Positions 1-8,752 of a stretch of 64,000 bases of DNA are shown in pieces (within the stretch, counting starts at the first letter, position 1; every line of letters begins with the position of its first letter). Under the pieces are notes generated by a model. The model did not search any database. It was not told the DNA's origin and worked only from the letters and a program-made list of their open reading frames with translations. Position numbers and translations under genes: made by a program. This DNA comes from Candidatus Poribacteria bacterium (GTDB lineage Bacteria > Poribacteria > WGA-4E > WGA-3G): positions 1,536,001 through 1,600,000 of the forward strand of contig OZ240248.1 of NCBI GenBank assembly GCA_965198235.1. Direction: 5' to 3'.

Positions 1-149
1 GCGAGGCAATTTCAAGAGGAGCGAAAACTCAACACCCCGCTGGCGAGGTTTCCTAACCTCGCCTTACACTGTCTACGTAATTGTATATTTCACCATAGTT
101 GATTTTCAGTTGTCAGAGGGAGGGAATTTGAATAAACAGAAACTCTCTT

Positions 150-1622
150 CTACTGATTGCTGACTGCTATATACGCCTGCAAGTGCTTTAACGCGCTTCC
201 ATCGTTCATCACCAATTGTGCGCGGACGAGCGCATCTTTAGGTTCTGGACAAATCCCTAACAGGTAATCTACCATCGCTGTATTTAGGAGAATCCTGTCG
301 TAGATATGCCCTTTTTCACCGGATAGTGCCGCCACGCCAACTTCCGCAAATGCCGCTGCACTTACAACCTCTGGACGTGGGCTTCTCATATAGTCAAATC
401 CATAAATCTCCGGATCTATATCCAACGCGAAATCTTCACGGGCACCCTTTACACGACGGAAGCCTTGAGAATAGTTGATTGCCATCCTATCGCTCGTAGA
501 AGGCTTCCCGAGTCGGAGCGCGTAATGGCTTGTTCCTTCCTCTCCTTTCACAGCAACCGCGGCATTAAACCCGCGCTCCCATGCCAATTGCAGAAGCGGT
601 TTCTCATAACCGATATGATAATAACCAAGCACCATGTAGTTTGCCTCTCGTGCTGAAAAAAACTGTTGTGCTTTTTCAGTCGCTGCCCAAGGCGGGCGTT
701 TCTTGATATGCACCCGCAGTTCGCGCAGGTCATAGGCAGCCGGACAATACTCGCGCTGGCTGATATACCCGAAACCCACCGATTCGTCTGTAATCAGTGA
801 AGCCGTCTGTGCAAGCGATAGTTGCGTGTTCGCGCCGAGTGCCTTCAGGATAGTTTCCTCTGTTACACCATTTTTCGGGGGCATTGCATCTACACTGTGG
901 AGGAGTGATGTTTCACCGAGAGCAGCACGTACTGCAGCAACGAATAGGGTCGGACGGAAATAGCGTGTTGCGCCGTCGTAGGGTTGCCCAAAATGCGTTA
1001 ACGTTGCAACATTGATCGGTTGGACCTCTTCCGGTCCGAAAAACGCGTCAAGATAACCTCGCACCTCCTGATAAGTTTCACGATTCATTCTTTGTCCAAT
1101 AAGCGCAGCACCTTTGAAAGCAAGTTTCACATCGTCGCTAAGGATGGCTTTACACATCTCACGAGTTTCGGTATAGCCTAAATGTTTTGCCCGTAGAATC
1201 TTTTCTAACGTGTTCACGACAATTGCTTCTGTCGGATTCGCCGGTACGTAGCCACGCTCAGGGTTCATGAGGTATTGAATTTCCGGTGGCAGCTGTTCTG
1301 TCAGTGCTGAATTGTATTTACGGAACGCTGCTTGCTCTGCGGGACTCCACTGTGTCGCTTTTGGGAAATAGGCGCGGAGCGTCATCGCCGCAAAGAACGC
1401 ACCCATCTGCGCGTCTGAAGCTGCCTCCGATTTCGGGAGTTCGCCCCGTAGGGATTTCAGGAGCGTTTGAAGGAGTGGCTCCGGTTGAGGGAAATCTGAA
1501 GGGTTTATGCCTAATGGGCGTGTCTGATGCGGTCCCGTGCAGACTCGCGCTTGTGCCTCAAGCAGATCGTCGTTCGGGCCTGGGTATACCGGTGTATATG
1601 CGTGAGAATCAAAATCCGCCAT
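150..1622 (-). CDS. Anthranilate phosphoribosyltransferase-like (glycosyl transferase family 3, TrpD/YbiB-like) protein
   Basis: 490 aa ORF; QMGAFFAAMTLR N-terminal helix, GQPYDG, PPKNGVT, KRPPWATEK and KGEEG segments resemble TrpD-like family. Confidence 0.7.
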   Translation of the reverse strand: MADFDSHAYTPVYPGPNDDLLEAQARVCTGPHQTRPLGINPSDFPQPEPLLQTLLKSLRGELPKSEAASDAQMGAFFAAMTLRAYFPKATQWSPAEQAAFRKYNSALTEQLPPEIQYLMNPERGYVPANPTEAIVVNTLEKILRAKHLGYTETREMCKAILSDDVKLAFKGAALIGQRMNRETYQEVRGYLDAFFGPEEVQPINVATLTHFGQPYDGATRYFRPTLFVAAVRAALGETSLLHSVDAMPPKNGVTEETILKALGANTQLSLAQTASLITDESVGFGYISQREYCPAAYDLRELRVHIKKRPPWAATEKAQQFFSAREANYMVLGYYHIGYEKPLLQLAWERGFNAAVAVKGEEGTSHYALRLGKPSTSDRMAINYSQGFRRVKGAREDFALDIDPEIYGFDYMRSPRPEVVSAAAFAEVGVAALSGEKGHIYDRILLNTAMVDYLLGICPEPKDALVRAQLVMNDGSALKHLQAYIAVSNQ

Positions 1623-1763
1623 TTTACAATATCTCCGAAGTCCAGTTGTTGACCGAAGTCTCCGTGTCTCGGTCTAATGTCCTATGTTATAAACCAGAGC
1701 AATTCCCTCTTATTATACTGCATTTTGGCGTTTAAAACAAATTTTGCGGATGCGTCAAAAAAC

Positions 1764-1792
1764 TTGACGAGGCTTGGAAGAGAAGATATAAT
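1764..1792 (+). promoter_or_regulatory. sigma70-type promoter for hen1-pnkp
   Basis: TTGACG-17 nt-TATAAT. Confidence 0.65.
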
Positions 1793-1976
1793 GTAATGTA
1801 TGCAGACTTAATGGACTGATTTTGTATCGTCCAATGCTTGCACCGCCGAGGTATACTCGGGGAAACGCAAACTGGAGGGCATTGGGCAATTGAATTTTTC
1901 AATTGATGGAGCCTTCAAGTTATCGTAGGGTAGCGTAATATTTTTTTCGATTTGCTGTATTTCTTGGCACATTACT

Positions 1977-3392
1977 ATGCTATTGACAATATCAACTACA
2001 TATTCTCCTGCGACAGACCTCGGTTATCTGTTGCATAAACATCCAGCGCGAATTCAATCCTTTACGCTTACCTTTGGTCAGGCGCATGTCTTTTATCCGG
2101 AAGCACGTCCCGAAAAATGCACAGTAGCACTGCTTCTCGACGTTGATTCGGTTGGGCTTATCCGCCGTCCTCACGGGCAATTTGCAGAAAATTTCGCACT
2201 GGCACAATACGTCAGTGATCGCCCTTACGTCGCTTCATCGTTTTTGAGTGTAGCAATATCGAGAGTGTTTAGCAGCGCGTTGTCCGGTAAATGCAAAGAG
2301 CGCCCAGAACTCGTGAAGACTGAGATTCCTCTAAGCGCGAGGTTATCCATTCTGCCGTGTCGCGGCGGAGAGAAATTGTTGCGACGGCTTTTCGAGCCGC
2401 TCGGTTATGCAGTCAGAGCAGAACGACACGCGCTAAACACACGATTCCCGGATTGGGGCGAAAGTCGTTATTTCACGGTAACACTCGAAAAGACCTCTTC
2501 CTTGAGTGAACTCCTCACGCACCTTTACGTTTTGATTCCTGTGCTTGACGATGAGAAGCACTACTGGGTTGGCGACGCAGAGATCGAAAAACTGTTAAAG
2601 CATGGTAATAACTGGCTCGCCACTCATCCAGAACAAGAATCTATCGTCCGTCGTTACTTGAAACACCAACAGAAACTCACTCATGAGGCACTCGCCCAAT
2701 TGCGCGAAGAGGATGTTCAAGAGACCGACGAGATAATTCAAGCACAAGAAGAACAGGTTGAAGAACGTATCGGTCTGAACGAAACCCGTTTGGCTACGGT
2801 CACTGAAGTCCTTAAAGAGTGTGGCGCGAAACGCGTTCTTGATTTGGGGTGTGGTGAGGGAAAACTTCTCCGTAAGTTGTTGGCTGAAAAACAGTTTGAA
2901 GAGATCGTCGGAATGGACGTTTCACACCGCATACTAAAAATCGCGCAAGAACGGCTTCATTACGACCGGTTGCCCGAGAAGCAGAAAGAACGGCTTCGCT
3001 TGTTCCAAGGGTCTCTGGGCTACCGAGATGAACGTCTGGCTGGATACGATGCAGCTGCGGTTATAGAGGTGATCGAACACTTAGATTTGCCGCGACTTGC
3101 GGCTTTTGAGCGGGTGATCTTTGAGTTTGCTTGTCCCCGGACTGTTGTGTTAACAACACCGAACATAGAATACAACGTCCAATTTGAGAACCTGCAGGCT
3201 GGAAACTTTCGGCACAAAGACCACCGTTTCGAGTGGACACGGAATGAGTTTCAGTCTTGGGCAGTAGGTATTTCTAAACGCTTCGGTTACGCCGTTGTAT
3301 TTCACCCAATTGGACCAGAAGTTGAAGGCGTTGGTCCACCGACGCAAATGGCGGTCTTTACCCGAGAAGATTGTCAAGAGGTGATGATGTGA
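1977..3392 (+). CDS. hen1: 3'-terminal RNA ribose 2'-O-methyltransferase Hen1
   Basis: MLLTISTT..ATDLGYLLHKHP N-terminus; VLDLGCGEG SAM motif; EVIEH and FRHxDHxFEW motifs. Confidence 0.95.
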   Translation: MLLTISTTYSPATDLGYLLHKHPARIQSFTLTFGQAHVFYPEARPEKCTVALLLDVDSVGLIRRPHGQFAENFALAQYVSDRPYVASSFLSVAISRVFSSALSGKCKERPELVKTEIPLSARLSILPCRGGEKLLRRLFEPLGYAVRAERHALNTRFPDWGESRYFTVTLEKTSSLSELLTHLYVLIPVLDDEKHYWVGDAEIEKLLKHGNNWLATHPEQESIVRRYLKHQQKLTHEALAQLREEDVQETDEIIQAQEEQVEERIGLNETRLATVTEVLKECGAKRVLDLGCGEGKLLRKLLAEKQFEEIVGMDVSHRILKIAQERLHYDRLPEKQKERLRLFQGSLGYRDERLAGYDAAAVIEVIEHLDLPRLAAFERVIFEFACPRTVVLTTPNIEYNVQFENLQAGNFRHKDHRFEWTRNEFQSWAVGISKRFGYAVVFHPIGPEVEGVGPPTQMAVFTREDCQEVMM

Positions 3393-6067
3393 AAACGTGC
3401 GAAGATGGGCAAAAGAAAACCGATCAAATTCCCAAAACCAGTCGCGACTTAACCAGAAACCTGACCGAAACGAAGTGGAGGGAAGAGCAGAAGCCCATAA
3501 TTAAAAAAGTGAAAATTCCTGAACCTTCACTTGTACTCCTCATTGGACCCTCAGGTTCCGGCAAATCTACCTTTGCTCGTAAGCATTTCAAGCCGACTGA
3601 GATTCTTTCGTCGGATTTCTGCCGAGGACTTGTTTCGGACGATGAAACCGACCAGACTGCAACAAACGATGCATTTGAAGTGCTGCGTTTCATCACCTCA
3701 AAACGGCTCGCTGCTGGGAAATTAACAGTCATTGATGCAACAAACGTCCAGCCAGAAGCGCGAAAACCTTTACTGGCACTCGCACGCGAATACCACTACT
3801 TAACAGTTGCCGTTGTGTTTAACATGTCTACAAAAATTTGTCAGGAAAGAAACGAGGCACGTCCCGACCGTAATTTAAAACCGCATGTCATTCGCCAGCA
3901 GAGCCAGCAACTTCGTCGATCACTGCGTAATCTCAAACGCGAGGGTTTTCAGCGCTTCGTCTATGTAATGTCCACGCCCGAAACTGTTGAAGCCATCCGT
4001 GTGGAACGACAGCCATTGTGGACGAACCGCACGGACGAGCAGGGACCGTTTGACATCATTGGTGATGTTCACGGCTGTTTTGATGAACTTGTTGAATTGC
4101 TCAAAGAACTCCGTTATGAAATCTCAACGCAACCAAACGGTGAAACTGTTGTTGAACCACCACAAAACAGGAAAGCAATTTTCGTCGGGGATTTTGTTGA
4201 CCGGGGTCCAAAGGTTGCCGAAGTGTTACGCTTGATTATGCGGATGCAAAAGACTGGCGCGGCTATCTGTGTGCCCGGGAATCATGACGTAAAACTCGTT
4301 CGTGCCCTACGCGGCAAAAATGTAAAGCCGACGCATGGACTGGCGGAATCGCTCTCTCAATTGGAGAAAACATCAACCCAATTTAAGACGCAAGTCGCAG
4401 AATTCCTGGATGGTTTGGTGAGCCACTACGTACTTGACAACGGAAAGCTGGTCGTCGCACATGCTGGAATGAAGGCAGAATTACAAGGCAGAGCATCGGG
4501 GCGCGTCCGAGAATTCGCACTCTATGGCGAAACGACTGGAGAAATCGATGAGTTTGGTTTGCCGATTCGGAGCAATTGGGCTGACGAGTATCGTGGTGAT
4601 GCGATGGTCGTCTATGGACACACGCCAGTTGTTGAACCGCAATGGGTAAACCGAACAATCAACATTGATACCGGATGTGTTTTTGGCGGTAAACTGACTG
4701 CGTTGCGATACCCTGAAAAAGAACTCGTGTCTGTCCGCGCACATCAGACCTATTATGAACCGACTAAGCCTCTTCTTGATGAAGTAGACAAACTACCTTC
4801 TGTCAAAACGCAGCCGTCCGGTGATATCCTAAACGTCAATGATGTGTTAGGAAAGCGCGTTATCAGCACCCGGTTACATCACAACGTAACAATCCGTGAA
4901 GAGAATGCAATAACCGCGCTTGAGGTGATGAGTCGTTTTGCTATAGACCCAAAATGGCTTATATACCTTCCACCGACAATGTCCCCAACCGAGACGACAA
5001 ACAGACTTGGTTTGCTTGAACATCCAACGGAGGCGTTCACTTATTATCGCAGACAGGGCGTATCCAACGTCATCTGGGAAGAAAAACACATGGGATCACG
5101 CGCTGTCGTTGTTGTTTGCCGAGATCCAGAAACCGCAAAAAAGCGGTTCGGTGTTACGGACAACACCCTTGGTGTCTGTTACACACGGACTGGCAGACGT
5201 TTCTTTGGCGATACTGCTATTGAAACCGAGCTGTTGAGACAGGTGAAAACTGCAGTAGACAGAGTCGGTTATTGGGAGACTCTCAATACAGATTGGATAT
5301 GTTTTGACTGTGAGCTAATGCCTTGGTCGGTTAAGGCTCAGCAGTTGTTACAGCAACAATATGCACCCGTGGGGGCATCGGCTCGTGTCGCTTTGCGAGA
5401 AGCGGTTGCATCCTTGGAAACCGCTGCTGAACGAGGTATTGAAGTAAATTCTATATTGAATGACTATCGTCAACGCACAGAAGCAGTGGACGAATACATC
5501 AACGCTTATCAGCAATACTGCTGGCAGGTCCAATCTATCGCGGACCTGAAACTGGCTCCGTTTCACCTACTCGCTACGGAAGGTACCGTGTACTTCAACA
5601 AAGACCATCTGTGGCACATGGAAATGCTTACGAAACTTTGTCAAAGTTCTCAGGACAACCTGTTGCTCGCAACTTCCTACGGGGTAGTTGATTTGACCGA
5701 TGACACAAACCAAGCTGAAGCAATCTGTCGATGGGAAGAACTCACTGAGCAAGGCGGTGAAGGCATAGTCATCAAGCCTCTGGATTTTATCGTTCAAGGC
5801 AAGCGAGGATTGATCCAGCCCGCTATAAAGTGTCGGGGTCGCGAATACCTGCGGATAATCTATGGACCTGAATATACATTGCCTCAAAACTTAGAACGCC
5901 TGCGTTCCCGTGGACTCTCTCACAAACGTTCCCTTGCACTTCGAGAGTTTGCATTGGGTGTTGAGGCACTTGAGCGTTTTGTACGTCGTGAACCGTTGTC
6001 TCGTGTTCACGAATGCACTTTTGGAATTCTGGCACTCGAAAGTGAGGCGGTTGATCCAAGGCTCTGA
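3389..6067 (+). CDS. pnkp: Polynucleotide kinase-phosphatase (kinase + metallophosphoesterase + ligase) Pnkp
   Basis: GPSGSGKS P-loop; GDVHG/GDFVDRG/GNHD phosphoesterase; EEKHMGSR ligase motif; ends DPRL. GTG 3389 follows GAGGTG and overlaps the hen1 stop; alternative GTG at 3509. Confidence 0.95.
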   Translation: MKTCEDGQKKTDQIPKTSRDLTRNLTETKWREEQKPIIKKVKIPEPSLVLLIGPSGSGKSTFARKHFKPTEILSSDFCRGLVSDDETDQTATNDAFEVLRFITSKRLAAGKLTVIDATNVQPEARKPLLALAREYHYLTVAVVFNMSTKICQERNEARPDRNLKPHVIRQQSQQLRRSLRNLKREGFQRFVYVMSTPETVEAIRVERQPLWTNRTDEQGPFDIIGDVHGCFDELVELLKELRYEISTQPNGETVVEPPQNRKAIFVGDFVDRGPKVAEVLRLIMRMQKTGAAICVPGNHDVKLVRALRGKNVKPTHGLAESLSQLEKTSTQFKTQVAEFLDGLVSHYVLDNGKLVVAHAGMKAELQGRASGRVREFALYGETTGEIDEFGLPIRSNWADEYRGDAMVVYGHTPVVEPQWVNRTINIDTGCVFGGKLTALRYPEKELVSVRAHQTYYEPTKPLLDEVDKLPSVKTQPSGDILNVNDVLGKRVISTRLHHNVTIREENAITALEVMSRFAIDPKWLIYLPPTMSPTETTNRLGLLEHPTEAFTYYRRQGVSNVIWEEKHMGSRAVVVVCRDPETAKKRFGVTDNTLGVCYTRTGRRFFGDTAIETELLRQVKTAVDRVGYWETLNTDWICFDCELMPWSVKAQQLLQQQYAPVGASARVALREAVASLETAAERGIEVNSILNDYRQRTEAVDEYINAYQQYCWQVQSIADLKLAPFHLLATEGTVYFNKDHLWHMEMLTKLCQSSQDNLLLATSYGVVDLTDDTNQAEAICRWEELTEQGGEGIVIKPLDFIVQGKRGLIQPAIKCRGREYLRIIYGPEYTLPQNLERLRSRGLSHKRSLALREFALGVEALERFVRREPLSRVHECTFGILALESEAVDPRL

Positions 6068-6146
6068 ACGTTCCCTTCCCGCTGATGAGGTGTTTTTGCT
6101 GGGGTGTTTCCCTTAGAGACCTCGCCCTCTGATGGCTACACATAAT

Positions 6147-6306
6147 CCAATTAACCGAAAACCGGGGTCCCCACCCGTTACTGGGGAGGGGGTTTTTGCT
6201 TGGGGGTTTCTTTGATGGAACGAAGTGGAACGATTTAACCATCAACTCGACTCCGTTATAAATGTTAAAGCACGAGTTGATGGTTAACAGATTTAATAGT
6301 TAAAAA
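6147..6306. repeat. Composite intergenic repeat with 53-bp palindrome (6235-6287)
   Basis: GAACGAAGTGGAACGAT, TTTTTGCTTGGGG module and TTAACCATCAACTCG...CGAGTTGATGGTTAA, all recurring elsewhere in the window. Confidence 0.85.
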
Positions 6307-6430
6307 ACCTTCGCATCCAAATTTTTTGATGAAAATCTCCGTAAACTGCAACAAATCCTACGAAATAGCGTTTTTTATACAACCAAGATCAAGCGATTAG
6401 GATGATAGATTGGAACCGCACATACGAGAA

Positions 6431-7345
6431 ATGAAAATTCAACACTTAAGATATTGCCTCCTGATTTTCTATCTTAGCTTAGCGGTAGGTGTAGGCTGTA
6501 CGACACAAGAAACCCCTAACCCCGTAGCTCCTGAAGATAACACCGAGGTTGTTCTTAAAGACCATCGACTCACTGAGAATGAAACGTGGGATCCCGAAAA
6601 GACGTATATTGTACATGGTACATTGGAGATTCCAAAAGATATAATCCTCAACGTCCCACCCGGCACGACTGTTAAATTTGGACAAGATGCCCTTCTCACA
6701 GTGAGAGGCATTCTAAAGATCGGAACACCTTTACATCAAGACCAAGTGACTCGACTCGTGCATCTCACATCGGACAATGTCGGACCCACACCCGGCGATT
6801 GGAATGGTATCCTCTTCGATCACACGCACGATTTAGAGAGTTTTGTCAGAGGGGCGGTTATAGAGCATGCCACAGTCGCTCTCGACATTAAAACGACATC
6901 GCCAACTGTTGCAGAATCTACCCTTCGTCAAAATAAAACTGCTATCGCTTTAGACGGGAGCGACGCTCGCATTCAACACAACGACATTCTTGACAATCAT
7001 ATCGGGATCAACACTATTGGACGCCAGACACGTCCAAAAATTGAGAGAAACAATATCACCAAAAACGAGACCGGTATCTTCTGTGAAAATGTCCAGTCTA
7101 TTATTCAAAACAACAATCTCAACGCGAATATCTTCGCACTCCGTTTGAATGTAAAATTTGACTTGGTGGTAACCAACAATTGGTGGGGAAATTCAGATAC
7201 TACTGAGATAGCGAATGTAATTGTAGATGCCGCTGATCCCGTCCTGAATACCAAACAGATAGGCACAGTCTATTATGAACCGTTCGCGAATACTCGGATC
7301 GCCGATGCAGGCTTTCCATATCCAGCACTTCTCACCGATCTATAG
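6431..7345 (+). CDS. Lipoprotein with right-handed parallel beta-helix (pectin lyase/NosD-like)
   Basis: Lipobox-like VGVGC; PGDWNGI; repeated N-x-I-x-x-N-x-x-G/A-I units; NNWWG. Confidence 0.7.
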   Translation: MKIQHLRYCLLIFYLSLAVGVGCTTQETPNPVAPEDNTEVVLKDHRLTENETWDPEKTYIVHGTLEIPKDIILNVPPGTTVKFGQDALLTVRGILKIGTPLHQDQVTRLVHLTSDNVGPTPGDWNGILFDHTHDLESFVRGAVIEHATVALDIKTTSPTVAESTLRQNKTAIALDGSDARIQHNDILDNHIGINTIGRQTRPKIERNNITKNETGIFCENVQSIIQNNNLNANIFALRLNVKFDLVVTNNWWGNSDTTEIANVIVDAADPVLNTKQIGTVYYEPFANTRIADAGFPYPALLTDL

Positions 7346-7363
7346 CGGGAGTATTTCTAAAAA

Positions 7364-8701
7364 ATGAAAAACGAGCCGATCCCCAGTCACAGTCGCGACT
7401 TAACCAGAAACCTGCAAGTTAACCATCCACTCGACTCCGATACAAGACAGCAAAGCACGAGTGGATGGTTAAAACGGACGCAGCAGCCCAGAAGCGATCA
7501 ATTAAAAATTCTGAATGTCTCACAAAATCACTATGTCCGCGGCGGTTCTGATCGGTACTTTTTTACCCTCGCCGAGTTGTTGCAAAAACACGGACATGGA
7601 GTCATTCCGTTTACAGCGGCAGACCCTAATAATGAACCGTCTGAATGGGAACACTATTTCCCACGCAGTGCCGACTTCGAGCATCCCGGAGCAGGAGACT
7701 TATTGCGCTTTTTATATTCACACGATGCTGTTAAATCAATCCAACGGTTATTGAAAGACACAGACATCGACCTCGCGCATTTCCATATCTACTACGGTAA
7801 ACTCACTGCTTCAATCTTGGAAGTACTGAAAAAAGATGGAATTCCGCTCATCCAGACATTACACGAGTACAAGTTGACCTGCCCGGTTTATAGCCATCTC
7901 TCAAACGATGAGATTTGTGAGGCGTGTGAAGGTAAACACTTTTGGCGCGCGCTCCCGAAACGGTGCAACAGAGGTTCACTCGCACGTACCGCGTTGAGCG
8001 TTACGGAGTCTTATATATCACGCATGCTCGGGGCTGTTAAGAAATTCGACCATTTCATTTCTGTCTCTCATTTCCTTCGGAAAAAGATGATCTCGCACGG
8101 CATCCCGGAAGATAAAATCTCAACCGTTCATAACTTTGTTGATGTTTCTGACATCACACCGAGTTTCGACATGGGAGATTATGTCCTCTATTTTGGACGA
8201 GTGCATCAGAGCAAAGGGATTTTGACGTTGATGGAGGCAGCAGCACCGCTCAAACAAGTCCCGCTCTATATCGTCGGTGATGGTGAAGCGATGCCCGAAG
8301 TTCAACGGATAATCGAAGAAAACGAATGTGATCATATTCGCCTCCTCGGCTTTAAACAGGGTGATGAACTCCGAGAACTGATTCTGAATAGCATCTGTAC
8401 GGTCTTGCCGTCGGAGTGGTATGAAAACTGTCCGATGTCGATTTTAGAATCCTATGCTTACGGTAAACCGGTCATCGGTGCGGATATAGGTGGGATTCCA
8501 GAACTCATCGTAGACGGCGTTGATGGATTTCTCGTTCCGTCAGGCGGACAAGAGGCACTTCGAGAGCGTCTCCTATGGATTTCTGAACATAGGAACGAGG
8601 CTATAGAGATGGGGCGCATTGGTCGCCAGAAGATGGAAACAGAGTTTAATGCCGACATTCATTATGAAAGGATTATGAATGTCTATCAACAATTTTTGTA
8701 G
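7364..8701 (+). CDS. Glycosyltransferase family 4
   Basis: GGSDRY, PSEWYENCPMSILES, GKPVIGADIGGIPE; first ~45 aa are repeat-derived. Confidence 0.9.
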   Translation: MKNEPIPSHSRDLTRNLQVNHPLDSDTRQQSTSGWLKRTQQPRSDQLKILNVSQNHYVRGGSDRYFFTLAELLQKHGHGVIPFTAADPNNEPSEWEHYFPRSADFEHPGAGDLLRFLYSHDAVKSIQRLLKDTDIDLAHFHIYYGKLTASILEVLKKDGIPLIQTLHEYKLTCPVYSHLSNDEICEACEGKHFWRALPKRCNRGSLARTALSVTESYISRMLGAVKKFDHFISVSHFLRKKMISHGIPEDKISTVHNFVDVSDITPSFDMGDYVLYFGRVHQSKGILTLMEAAAPLKQVPLYIVGDGEAMPEVQRIIEENECDHIRLLGFKQGDELRELILNSICTVLPSEWYENCPMSILESYAYGKPVIGADIGGIPELIVDGVDGFLVPSGGQEALRERLLWISEHRNEAIEMGRIGRQKMETEFNADIHYERIMNVYQQFL

Positions 8702-8752
8702 TATTGAGATCCAAGAATCTCGGTTGTGTGCCGCAATTTTGAAGGAAAAGAA

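Noticed and set aside
6235-6287. Integron attC sites
   Set aside because: No integrase, flanking genes include core genes such as lpxA/lpxI, and the arms are perfect without attC-type extrahelical bases
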